The translations under genes were made by a program, and so were the position numbers. Below the pieces are notes generated by a model. That model was not told where the DNA came from, did not search any database, and saw only the letters and a list, made by a program, of their open reading frames with translations. This document shows positions 8,893 through 17,579 of a stretch of DNA of 32,000 bases, piece after piece. Source of the DNA: Crocosphaera subtropica ATCC 51142 (GTDB lineage: Bacteria > Cyanobacteriota > Cyanobacteriia > Cyanobacteriales > Microcystaceae); contig NC_010546.1 in assembly GCF_000017845.1 (NCBI RefSeq), positions 4,500,001 to 4,532,000 of the forward strand, written 5' to 3'. The stretch's first letter is position 1; the number at the start of each line of letters is the position of its first letter.

Positions 8893-8916
8893 AGGTAGGG
8901 TGGGATATCCCTACCT
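8893..8916. repeat. Palindromic hairpin element, copy 3 (variant: GGTAGGG-tgggatat-CCCTACC)
   Basis: AGGTAGGGTGGGATATCCCTACCT shares the flanks (AGGTAGGGTGGG...CCTTA) with the other copies. Confidence 0.6.
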
Positions 8917-8934
8917 TAAATCTAGATACAGACC

Positions 8935-9090
8935 TTAAAAGACCCCTAAAAGGACAGCAGTCGTAAACAAGATTAACACTGCCATGATAATCATAGAGAT
9001 CATAAAGTAAGGTGCATGGTTAACCCGTTCTAAATATTGATTCTTTTTGCGATCTTCTTCGTCTAAAGGCTTGAAATGCATATCGTGCAT
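8935..9090 (-). CDS. Small (51 aa) membrane peptide with a charged N-terminal half and one C-terminal TM helix
   Basis: MHDMHFKPLDEEDRKKNQYLERVNHAPYFMISMIIMAVLILFTTAVLLGVF. A strong SD (AAGGAGG) lies 8 nt upstream of the ATG. Too short for the ORF track. Confidence 0.55.
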   Translation of the reverse strand: MHDMHFKPLDEEDRKKNQYLERVNHAPYFMISMIIMAVLILFTTAVLLGVF

Positions 9091-9325
9091 AGTATTAGCC
9101 CTCCTTTATATTCATCTGACAGTTCAAGATGACTTTCTTTTATCCATTTATCGTTGAAATTGTGAGTCAAGAAAGCTCGTGATTTCCTTGCTTTGAGCTA
9201 AATTTAGTTTGATAAAGCCCACAACTCAAGTATGTTTCTGGTGAAATGTCATCAACTTATAACTTCATTCTAAACAAAGAAACATTGGTTAGACGTTAAT
9301 ATTTGTTACAAAAATAGTGTGAACC

Positions 9326-10933
9326 CTAATAATTTACTGACATTGCTGTGTCTAAATGCTTCTTTAAAGTTGCTTGAGGTAACGGCCCATTGAGATGACT
9401 CCAAGGCAATCTTTGATCAGTTTTCCAGTCATAATGAACATAATAATCTAAAGAGGGTAATTGTCCTTTTAATTCCTTGAAAGCACGTTTATAACTACCT
9501 AACGAGTCCCCATAAAATCGGGTTAATTGCAGTAGTTTGCTAAGACGGCGATCGCCTCTCGACATTAAAGCTTGAATCACAGACCAATTATAGCTTTCCG
9601 GACGAAATTCTATGCCTTTTTTACTCAGTTGTTTCTGTAAATATTTAAGTCTTTTTTTCGCTATTTTATTAACACCCAACCACTGAAACGGCGTATGGGA
9701 TTTAGGGACAAAAGTGCTGCAACCAAAGGTTAATCTCAATCCTGGTGCTGCTTTTTTAATGGATTCTAACATCATAATAGTCTGTTCAATATCCTCATCA
9801 TTTTCTTCTGGTATTCCCACCATCCCATACAGTTTTAAATTTTTTAATCCTCCTACTTTGGCATTAATTGCGGCTTGTATAATTTCTTCATTTTCTAATT
9901 TTTTATTGATAATGTTTCTAATTTTTTCGGAACCACTTTCTACAGCAATAGTAACGGATTTTGTATTGCGATCGCTTAATATTTTTGCTAGTTTTTCTGT
10001 TAGTGTATTAGTTCGTACTGAAGCAATACTCACTCTAACACCTTCATATTTCGGTTGATAAAGATAGTCTAATAAGTCATTAAATTCAGGATGTTGAGTA
10101 ACAGATGCACCTAATAAACCTATTCTGTTAGTTACTTGTAACCCTTTTTCAATTGCAGGTATTAAAGAACCCTCTAAACTTGCAGTACGAAAGGGTAAAG
10201 TGAGATAACTTGCTAAACAAAACCGACACATTTCTGGACAACTTCTAACCACTTCTACCATATAGATGTTTTCCCATGCGGCTTTTTCTGTTACTACTGT
10301 AGAAGCAGATAAAATATTATCTTTATAAGTTTGTTTCTCAACCGTATCAGGAATATTAATATCAAGGGGTTGAATAGATTTTATTTCACCATCGGGACTA
10401 TGATAATTAACTTCGTATAAACTAGGAATATAAATACCTGGAATAGTAGCTAAATATTTCAATTTTGTTTTTCTATCTTCATATCTCACTGTTTTATAAG
10501 CATTAATAAAATTATTGATTAAATTTTCTCCATCTCCCAATAAAATGATGTCAAAAAAATCAGCAAACGGTTCAGGGTTAGCGGTTAAAACTGGTCCTCC
10601 ACCGAATACTAAAGGATGATTATTGTTTCGTTCATTAGCTTGAAAAGGAATCCCTAAAGATTCTAAAATGTTTAAGATATTAACATAATCTAATTCCCAA
10701 GAAAAAGAAAACCCTAATAATTCTGAATTTTTGGGTAGTGATTCTTGAATATCAGTAAATAAGCGACTAACATTAACATCAGAACGAGTTGCAAACGTTG
10801 CCCAGACAATTTGATACCCTAAGCTAGTGATTCCTACAGTGTAGTCATTAGGAAAAGCAAAAATCAAAGGAATTGCATCATTATCAGGAGATACCGGATT
10901 AAATAATAAACGTTCTTGGTTAAAATCATTCAT
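9326..10933 (-). CDS. Radical SAM protein with an N-terminal B12-binding-like domain
   Basis: CxxxCxxC cluster motif (SCPEMCRFCLASY), 535 aa, with the general architecture of conserved cyanobacterial radical SAM enzymes. Confidence 0.85.
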   Translation of the reverse strand: MNDFNQERLLFNPVSPDNDAIPLIFAFPNDYTVGITSLGYQIVWATFATRSDVNVSRLFTDIQESLPKNSELLGFSFSWELDYVNILNILESLGIPFQANERNNNHPLVFGGGPVLTANPEPFADFFDIILLGDGENLINNFINAYKTVRYEDRKTKLKYLATIPGIYIPSLYEVNYHSPDGEIKSIQPLDINIPDTVEKQTYKDNILSASTVVTEKAAWENIYMVEVVRSCPEMCRFCLASYLTLPFRTASLEGSLIPAIEKGLQVTNRIGLLGASVTQHPEFNDLLDYLYQPKYEGVRVSIASVRTNTLTEKLAKILSDRNTKSVTIAVESGSEKIRNIINKKLENEEIIQAAINAKVGGLKNLKLYGMVGIPEENDEDIEQTIMMLESIKKAAPGLRLTFGCSTFVPKSHTPFQWLGVNKIAKKRLKYLQKQLSKKGIEFRPESYNWSVIQALMSRGDRRLSKLLQLTRFYGDSLGSYKRAFKELKGQLPSLDYYVHYDWKTDQRLPWSHLNGPLPQATLKKHLDTAMSVNY

Positions 10934-11209
10934 CGATTTTTTTAGTTATTAAGTATATCTATGCTACTCCTTTTAGTTTACAACAACGACAACCACCAAA
11001 TTGTGCCTTGATTCTTTTTATTTCACGAATGTAAATATTTACTGCTTCAATTTATCTATCACTATTGTTTTTTCGGTTATTAATAGCTAGTTGATCATTA
11101 TGCTTAATGGTTAAACCGTGATCATAAGACTATGACAGTAGATAAATTGTCCCTATAAAAATCATCAATGAGTTCCCGAACTGGGGACACCAAAATAATT
11201 GTCACCGAC

Positions 11210-11240
11210 TTGACATATTCTTGACACACCATTGACACAA
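11210..11240 (+). promoter_or_regulatory. Three tandem (C/A)TTGACA(T/C) boxes with exact 11-bp periodicity in the divergent radical-SAM/DUF2949 intergenic region
   Basis: TTGACA at 11210-11215, 11221-11226 and 11232-11237. Confidence 0.45.
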
Positions 11241-11322
11241 TGATGCTATTCAATGTAATCGTGGTTTTTTCTCAAAAGCCAGTTTATATACCTTTAAAAA
11301 CTGTTTTAAACCTGCTTTAATT

Positions 11323-11517
11323 ATGAACCCCACTGCAACTAGACTTCTTGACTTTCTTCAACGAGACTTAGATATTCCCCCTGAGTCTCTTAACCTTGCT
11401 CTCAAAGACGAACAAGCCATGCCACACCATTTCCCGATGATTCTTTGGCAATATGGCTTAGTCAATAAAGAACAGTTAGAATCTGTCTTTGACTGGTTAG
11501 ATGAACATCTTCTATAG
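11323..11517 (+). CDS. DUF2949-family small cyanobacterial protein
   Basis: LLDFLQRDLDIPPESLNLALK...PMILWQYGLVNKEQLESVFDWLD matches my recollection of DUF2949. Confidence 0.65.
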   Translation: MNPTATRLLDFLQRDLDIPPESLNLALKDEQAMPHHFPMILWQYGLVNKEQLESVFDWLDEHLL

Positions 11518-11684
11518 ATAACTAAGCATTATTTCATTATTACTACTTTTTGCCCAACTGTTGTCAATTTTAAGAAAGTATTTATGATCCCTAAATTGTT
11601 CTGTATTCTTGACCCATACTAATGACTTAATCAAGTTAACTCAAGTAAAATAAACCATGAGATGTATGCTAGAGATAAAATTAT

Positions 11685-12887
11685 ATGGGTCGTGCTAAAA
11701 AAGTTGTGCTTGCTTATTCTGGTGGGGTAGATACCTCCGTTTGTATTCCCTATCTCAAGCATGAGTGGGGAGTAGACGAGGTGATCACCTTAGCTGCGGA
11801 CTTGGGACAAGGGGATGAACTAGGTCCCATTCAAGCCAAAGCCTTAAAATCTGGGGCTGTGGAGTCCCTGGTAGAAGATGCTACAGCAGAGTTTGTCACC
11901 GACTATGCTTTTAAAGCTATCAAAGCTAATGCCCTCTATGAGAGTCGTTATCCTCTCTCTACAGCGTTAGCCCGTCCTCTCATTGCTAAACTATTAGTAG
12001 AAGCTGCCGAAAAATATGGGGCCGATGCCGTTGCTCATGGTTGCACTGCCAAAGGGAATGATCAAGTCCGTTTTGACTTAGGAATCTTAGCCTTAAATCC
12101 TACCCTAAAAGTGTTAGCCCCGGCCAGGGAATGGAAGATGAGTCGGGAACAAACCATTGCCTACGGTGAGAAATTTGGGTTAGACTTCCCTGTGAAGAAG
12201 TCTTCTCCCTTCAGTATCGATCGCAACCTTCTAGGGCGCAGTATCGAAGCTGGTCCCTTAGAAGATCCTATGACCGAACCCCCGGAAGAAATCTATTTGA
12301 TGACCAAGGCGATCGCGGATACTCCAGACACCCCCGAATATGTGGAGATCGGTTTTGAGAAGGGTCTTCCTGTCAGTCTCAATGGTCAAACCTTAGATCC
12401 CGTTACCCTCATTAGCCAACTCAATGATGTCGTGGGTAAACACGGTGTCGGCCGTATTGATATGATAGAAAACAGGGTAGTTGGGATTAAATCAAGGGAA
12501 ATCTATGAAGCCCCTGCTTTATTAGTTCTCATCGATGCCCACCGAGACTTAGAAAGCTTAACCCTGACTTCTGATGTCACCCACTACAAGAAAGGGGTCG
12601 AAGAAACCTACAGTCATTTGATTTATCGAGGGTTATGGTATTCTCCTTTGAAAGAGTCCCTAGATGCTTTCATCGATCACACTCAAGAACGAGTCAACGG
12701 AACTGTTCGCATCAAACTGTTTAAAGGGAATGCCAACATTGTCGGTCGTCAGTCTGATTATTCCATTTATAGCCCCAATTTAGCAACCTATGGGGAAGAT
12801 GATCACTTCGATCATAAAGCAGCAGAAGGCTTTATCTATATTTGGGGGCTGCCTACCAGGGTTTGGGCAGAAAAAACCAAAGGTTAA
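11685..12887 (+). CDS. argG: Argininosuccinate synthase
   Basis: [14 protein letters not shown] (N-type ATP pyrophosphatase P-loop), [13 protein letters not shown], 400 aa. Confidence 0.95.
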   Translation: MGRAKKVVLAYSGGVDTSVCIPYLKHEWGVDEVITLAADLGQGDELGPIQAKALKSGAVESLVEDATAEFVTDYAFKAIKANALYESRYPLSTALARPLIAKLLVEAAEKYGADAVAHGCTAKGNDQVRFDLGILALNPTLKVLAPAREWKMSREQTIAYGEKFGLDFPVKKSSPFSIDRNLLGRSIEAGPLEDPMTEPPEEIYLMTKAIADTPDTPEYVEIGFEKGLPVSLNGQTLDPVTLISQLNDVVGKHGVGRIDMIENRVVGIKSREIYEAPALLVLIDAHRDLESLTLTSDVTHYKKGVEETYSHLIYRGLWYSPLKESLDAFIDHTQERVNGTVRIKLFKGNANIVGRQSDYSIYSPNLATYGEDDHFDHKAAEGFIYIWGLPTRVWAEKTKG

Positions 12888-12900
12888 TAGTTGAATTTTG

Positions 12901-12937
12901 GGGCTTAATTTAGATTAAGTCCCTGTTATTATTTTTT
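12901..12937 (+). terminator. Rho-independent terminator of argG
   Basis: Stem GGGCTTAAT/ATTAAG(t)CCC (12901-12909/12914-12923), followed by the T-rich tgttattattttttg. Confidence 0.6.
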
Positions 12938-13052
12938 GATAGTATCGTTTGGCGAAATTGTAGTTCAATTCTACATTATTTTAATCACAGCGTCTCTACA
13001 GTTGTTATTATTATATTGTTTCAGGTAGTAATCCTATAAGTTACTTTAAATT

Positions 13053-13340
13053 ATGTCTCTACAAAAAGAAATTGACGATAAAAGAAAAGAAATTCGCACA
13101 GATAGTTATTCTATGTCTATTATTTTGGGAATAGACTTTTCTGTTTATTCTACGAAGTCCAAATTAATTGATGAGAAACTATTAAAATCAAGAAATGAAA
13201 TCGCACATGGTAACTATTTATTGATAGATAGAGATGGATATATAGAATTACACGAAATAGTAATCGAAATGATTAATACTTTTCGTAATCAAATCGAAAA
13301 TGCTGCTATTAATGAGAATTTTAAACGAAATAACTCTTAA
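13053..13340 (+). pseudogene. Deletion remnant: about 23 N-terminal codons of DUF262 type fused to the C-terminal third of a HEPN (Rx4H) protein
   Basis: KEIRTDSYSMSI resembles DUF262 N-termini (from memory). IILGIDFSVYSTKSKLIDEKLLKSRNEIAHG...MINTFRNQIENAAINENF aligns by eye with IIYGFSTITDSETRDGIDLLSIKKNRNDLAHG...YLRQILENINEYLDNEEY of the 5752-6414 protein. Confidence 0.5.
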
Positions 13341-13434
13341 ATGAAAATTCTTTTATTTTTGTTTAGGTGCTTAATAATGTTCTTATACAATTGTCTATTT
13401 GATAAAATAAACATAGTATTAGATATCTTAACCC

Positions 13435-13671
13435 ATGAATTACCGTAATCGCATCGTCATTAATCCTACCATTCGCAGTGGAAAACCTTGTATCATTAAT
13501 ACTCGTATTGCCGTAGCTGACATTTTCGACTATTTAGGGGGAGGGATGACCATTGAAGAAATATTAGATGATTTTCCTGATCTAACCCTTGAAGATATAC
13601 AAGCTTGTTTTGCTTTTGCTGCTGATCGAGATCGACGCTTAACAACGATTCCCCATGAAATTCCTATTTGA
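13435..13671 (+). CDS. DUF433-family protein (antitoxin-like partner of DUF5615 PIN-like toxins)
   Basis: INPTIRSGKPCIINTRIAVADIFDYLGGGMTIEEILDDFPDLTLEDIQACFAFAA is the typical DUF433 pattern. Confidence 0.8.
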   Translation: MNYRNRIVINPTIRSGKPCIINTRIAVADIFDYLGGGMTIEEILDDFPDLTLEDIQACFAFAADRDRRLTTIPHEIPI

Positions 13672-13789
13672 TGAAAATTTATCTCCTAAACTACCGACTA
13701 TTTTAGCTGTACATTTTCCTAATAGTATTAAGGAACAAATTAACAGATTTAATAATCATCCATCTGAGTCAATTCTAATTATTTCTTGA
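13655..13789 (+). pseudogene. Internally deleted DUF5615/PIN-like toxin remnant (44 codons)
   Basis: MKFLFDENLSPKLPTILAVHFPNS is the typical N-terminus of DUF5615 PIN-like proteins. The ORF ends after 44 aa where about 110 are expected. It overlaps the DUF433 3' end by 17 nt, as in intact pairs. Confidence 0.5.
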
Positions 13790-13792
13790 TTA

Positions 13793-15334
13793 ATGAAACG
13801 AAGAGACTTCCTAATAACAACCCTTTTAAGTTCTGGTTTAATTATCAGTGATCAGTTAAATACTCAAGCAGTTTCTATCCCAGAGTTTTCTAACTTTCCT
13901 TTCAGCTTAGGGGTTGCTTCTGGAGATCCTCTCAGCGATCGCATCATTATTTGGACAAGATTAGCCCCTAATCCCTTAAAAGGGGGCGGAATGCCCAAGA
14001 TAAGGGTTCCTGTACAGTGGAAAGTGGCTAAAGACCCCAAAATGATCGAAATTGTTCGTCAAGGAACGGTTATGGCTACCCCAGAATTAGGTCATGCGGT
14101 TCATGTTGATGTCACTCAACTCGAAGCAAATCAGGTGTACTGGTATCAGTTTCAAGTGGGTGAGTATGAAAGTGCGATCGCTAGAACTAAAACCTTACCT
14201 AACTTTGATGCTTCTGTTGACAAAGTAAGTTTTGCTTTTGCATCCTGTCAAGACTGGCAAAATGGTTATTATGTTGCTCATAAACATCTAGCGGAAGAAG
14301 ACCTTGATTTTGTCGTATTTTTGGGGGACTATATTTATGAGCGATCGGGTAATCAAAATAGGGTTCGTCAGCATCAAGGAGACGACTGTTTGACCCTAGA
14401 AGACTATCGTAACCGTTACGCTCAATATAAAGGTGATCCTAACTTACAAGCGTCTCATCATCGCTTTCCTTGGATCATGACTTGGGACGATCACGAAGTC
14501 GATAATAATTACGCCAACCTCACCCCAGAAGATAATCAAAGTTTAGAAGCATTTCAAGCTAGACGCAAAGCAGCTTATCAAGCTTATTATGAACATACCC
14601 CTATCCGTGTCTCTTTCCCACCAGAAGAAGATATCACCTTGTACCGAAGCTTTGATTTAGGGAACTTAGGGAAGTTAATGGTATTAGATACCAGACAATA
14701 TCGTAGTGATCAACCCTGTGGAGATGGAGGTAAACCTCGTTGTCAAGAAGCTAAAAGTGAAACAACAACTTTACTGGGAACCGAACAAGAACAATGGTTA
14801 CAATCCCAATTATCCAATAGTTCAGCTTCTTGGAATATTATTGCACAACAAATTATGATGGCTCAATATGATTTAGATCCCCGTCCGAACCAGGGTATCT
14901 TTAATATGGATCAATGGGATGGTTATATAGAGTCTCGTCATCGTTTGCTTAATTTTCTACACAACAATCAAATTTCTAATCCCGTAGTCATTACTGGGGA
15001 TATTCATTCGAGTTGGGTTAACGATCTAAAATTAGATTTTGATGATCCGAGATCGCCCACCGTTGCAACGGAGTTTGTCGGAACGTCCATCTCTTCACAG
15101 TTTCCTCAAGAGTATATTGCCCCAATAAAGTTAGCAAGAATAGTCAACCCTCATGTCAAGTTTTTTGAAGGAACTAAACACGGATATGTACGTTGTACCG
15201 TAACCCCAGAGTATTTTAAAAGCGATTATCGAGTTGTCTCTAGTGTCTTAGATCCAGATGCTTCTGTAGATACTTTACAATCATTTGTGGTAAAAAATGG
15301 TCAACCTGGAGTGTTAGCAAAATCGACAGGTTAG
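13793..15334 (+). CDS. phoD: Alkaline phosphatase D family protein with a Tat signal
   Basis: The N-terminal MKRRDFLITTLL is a twin-arginine signal. The metallophosphatase motifs (GDYIYE, WDDHEVDNN, TGDIHS) are typical of PhoD. Confidence 0.9.
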   Translation: MKRRDFLITTLLSSGLIISDQLNTQAVSIPEFSNFPFSLGVASGDPLSDRIIIWTRLAPNPLKGGGMPKIRVPVQWKVAKDPKMIEIVRQGTVMATPELGHAVHVDVTQLEANQVYWYQFQVGEYESAIARTKTLPNFDASVDKVSFAFASCQDWQNGYYVAHKHLAEEDLDFVVFLGDYIYERSGNQNRVRQHQGDDCLTLEDYRNRYAQYKGDPNLQASHHRFPWIMTWDDHEVDNNYANLTPEDNQSLEAFQARRKAAYQAYYEHTPIRVSFPPEEDITLYRSFDLGNLGKLMVLDTRQYRSDQPCGDGGKPRCQEAKSETTTLLGTEQEQWLQSQLSNSSASWNIIAQQIMMAQYDLDPRPNQGIFNMDQWDGYIESRHRLLNFLHNNQISNPVVITGDIHSSWVNDLKLDFDDPRSPTVATEFVGTSISSQFPQEYIAPIKLARIVNPHVKFFEGTKHGYVRCTVTPEYFKSDYRVVSSVLDPDASVDTLQSFVVKNGQPGVLAKSTG

Positions 15335-15569
15335 CTTAACAAGATAAAGCGACTCCACAGTAACAGGATAATAGCTGCACTGAGTCCAAAGGGTGTGGCT
15401 AAAAATTCTATAAAGTCTAAGATAACTAAAAAATATTTTAAAATTGTTAACGAGCTTTCCATGGGTTAACCCCCAAAAATTTAATAAAATGACATCTTAT
15501 TTTTAGGATGAGGTTGATTTTCGTCTATAGTTCTAGTCTCTCCATTGTTTCAGCCTTAGTTCCTTTTTC

Positions 15570-15584
15570 GTTACAAATTGTAAC
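15570..15584. promoter_or_regulatory. Perfect 15-bp palindrome GTTACAAATTGTAAC (candidate binding site for a dimeric regulator)
   Basis: Read directly. It lies in the 375-bp spacer between the convergent phoD and Ap4A phosphorylase genes. Confidence 0.3.
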
Positions 15585-15709
15585 ATAAAATTTTAAACTA
15601 AGCACTCAAGACCAAAAAATCCTCTCTAAGTTCCCTCAACTCCATGTTACAACCCAGATTTTGACTATTCCGTATCAATAGATAACATTTAAACATGATT
15701 GAATAATTA

Positions 15710-16618
15710 TTAATTATTCATTAACGAATTAGCCACTTTTTCTAAAATTGTTAGGGGTTTGACTTCTCTTAATAGTTCCATTTGTTGTTCATTTTTAACT
15801 AATAATGCACCAGCAAACCCTAATGAGTTAATAGAAATTGATTCATATTTAGGCTGCGATCGCGGAATCATCATCATCCATTCTCTGGTCACTAAAAGAT
15901 TATAAGGTTCGGGTTTTCCTTTTTGGTTAATCGAAATTTTGAGACATTTTAATAAATAATGATAACTTTCTAAGGTTTGTTGAGCTAATTCTAAAATATT
16001 ATTATTATCTTGAAGCTGTATATTAACGATACCATGAACAAAATTAAAACAAGGAAGTTGACCGATATTATCTTGATACTTTGCAGTTTCTATTATGTTA
16101 TCAATGGGAGTTTTAGATAATTCTGGAACTAAAGGAAAAGGCACTAATTGAAGGTGTTTATGACGTTGACTTGCTCCTGCAATTTCACCATTATTATAAA
16201 AGCCTAAACCATCAACTTGTAGTAAACAGGCACACAGTGCAACAAAATCATTTAAGGTTAATAATGTTTCTTGTTCTTCAAAGTCACGGGTAATAATCAA
16301 TAAGTGATAATCTACTACATTAAATTTATTCAATAAACAAACATGAGTATCTAAAATATCAGCTACAAATAAAGCTTTTTCATAAGGTAAAAAAGGATTA
16401 AAAGCTTTCCCTAATTTCTTCTGTTTCTTTTTAGCTTTATCTTTACGTCCTAAATTAGTAACAATTCTTACTAAAAAGTCAATTTCTTTATCTCGAATCA
16501 ATTCATATTCAGTAGGAATCGATTTCAAAGCACCACAATTAAGGGCGTATTCTGTTTGTTCTTTTATTTTTTGCAATAAACGATTAGATGGTAGAAGAAT
16601 ATTAGCTATTTTGTTCAT
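15710..16618 (-). CDS. ATP adenylyltransferase / Ap4A phosphorylase II family protein
   Basis: The HxHxQ motif (QRHKHLQLVP) and overall length match the APA2-like cyanobacterial family. Confidence 0.7.
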   Translation of the reverse strand: MNKIANILLPSNRLLQKIKEQTEYALNCGALKSIPTEYELIRDKEIDFLVRIVTNLGRKDKAKKKQKKLGKAFNPFLPYEKALFVADILDTHVCLLNKFNVVDYHLLIITRDFEEQETLLTLNDFVALCACLLQVDGLGFYNNGEIAGASQRHKHLQLVPFPLVPELSKTPIDNIIETAKYQDNIGQLPCFNFVHGIVNIQLQDNNNILELAQQTLESYHYLLKCLKISINQKGKPEPYNLLVTREWMMMIPRSQPKYESISINSLGFAGALLVKNEQQMELLREVKPLTILEKVANSLMNN

Positions 16619-16628
16619 AATCTGTAAA

Positions 16629-17456
16629 TCAATTTTTCTCTTTCTTTAATAACCAGATTCCTGTCTGAGTCATCCCAGAATCATCGGGTTGTAGCAAGAA
16701 AAAATGAAGTCCTTGAGTCCTTTCTTTTTGTTTTTCATACTGTTGAGCAGATTGGGACATTTCTGCATTTTCAAATGTCAATAAAACCCAACGATCCACT
16801 AACCCGGATTCTAAAATCAATCCCCCAGATTTATTAACCTCTGTTGGAATATAATTCAAAGAAACAGGTTGATTGTCAGCCAACCATCGGGCTAAATACA
16901 TCGATTGTCTACCCCCATAAATAACCACACCAGGAATATTTACATCTGAAGCAATTCCTAAATGAATGGGGTTTAATGCTTCGGGTAACTCTTTCATTGG
17001 AATCGGGCGATCACTAAAATAATCAAAAAAATCCCCTGCTTTAAAGGTCGCAAAATGCCACTTATCACCCCATAAACTTTCGGGTATAGCTTGGGGTGGA
17101 GACTGTTCTAATTTGACAGAATTGGGATATTTTTCTTGTAAAATTTGTTTCAGTTGAGGGGTTCTTCTTGTCCCTTCAATTTTAATTTCTAACCTTTTTC
17201 CGACTAAGGCAAATAAGCTTAAACATTGGGGACGAAACACCTTAATGATATCAGGAGAATATTGCTTAACTAAAGGTTCTAATTCGCTTATTAACCAATT
17301 AGAAGTAGCCTCAGACTGCTGACAACTAGCTTGATGAATGATGACTCCTTGTTGATCACAAACGATCAAATTCCACTTGGTATTGTTTTCATGTTCTTGT
17401 GATAAATGTTTATAGAAATCTGCTTGCCAAATAATCATAGATTTGGATACAGTCAA
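16629..17456 (-). CDS. Tab2/ATAB2-family RNA-binding protein (DUF1092)
   Basis: The N-terminal IWQADFYKH...WNLIVCDQQG pattern is typical of cyanobacterial Tab2 homologues. Confidence 0.7.
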   Translation of the reverse strand: MTVSKSMIIWQADFYKHLSQEHENNTKWNLIVCDQQGVIIHQASCQQSEATSNWLISELEPLVKQYSPDIIKVFRPQCLSLFALVGKRLEIKIEGTRRTPQLKQILQEKYPNSVKLEQSPPQAIPESLWGDKWHFATFKAGDFFDYFSDRPIPMKELPEALNPIHLGIASDVNIPGVVIYGGRQSMYLARWLADNQPVSLNYIPTEVNKSGGLILESGLVDRWVLLTFENAEMSQSAQQYEKQKERTQGLHFFLLQPDDSGMTQTGIWLLKKEKN

Positions 17457-17579
17457 TTGAATTAATTCAAAACTAATAATAACATCAACACCTGTTCCCT
17501 GATTTGTAAAGAGATGTAACTATTTTCCTGCCAAGCCTCCCAATCTATTAACTAGGGTCAAACACTACGATACCCTAGA

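Noticed and set aside
9714-10058. 114-aa + strand ORF
   Set aside because: It is fully antisense inside the well-supported radical SAM gene, and its hydrophobic, low-complexity product is typical of a shadow ORF.
13727-13752. Possible Pho box (three TTAA-containing 8-mers) upstream of phoD
   Set aside because: The TTAA cores are spaced 12 and 9 nt apart instead of 11 and 11, and the 8-mers match the PyTTAAPyPy(T/A) consensus poorly. AT-rich DNA yields such matches by chance.
15331-15462. 43-codon minus-strand ORF (MESSLTILKYFLVILDFIEFLATPFGLSAAIILLLWSRFILLS) overlapping the phoD stop
   Set aside because: It has no convincing SD and I cannot verify any conservation. It could be a real small membrane peptide, but the evidence is too thin to annotate.
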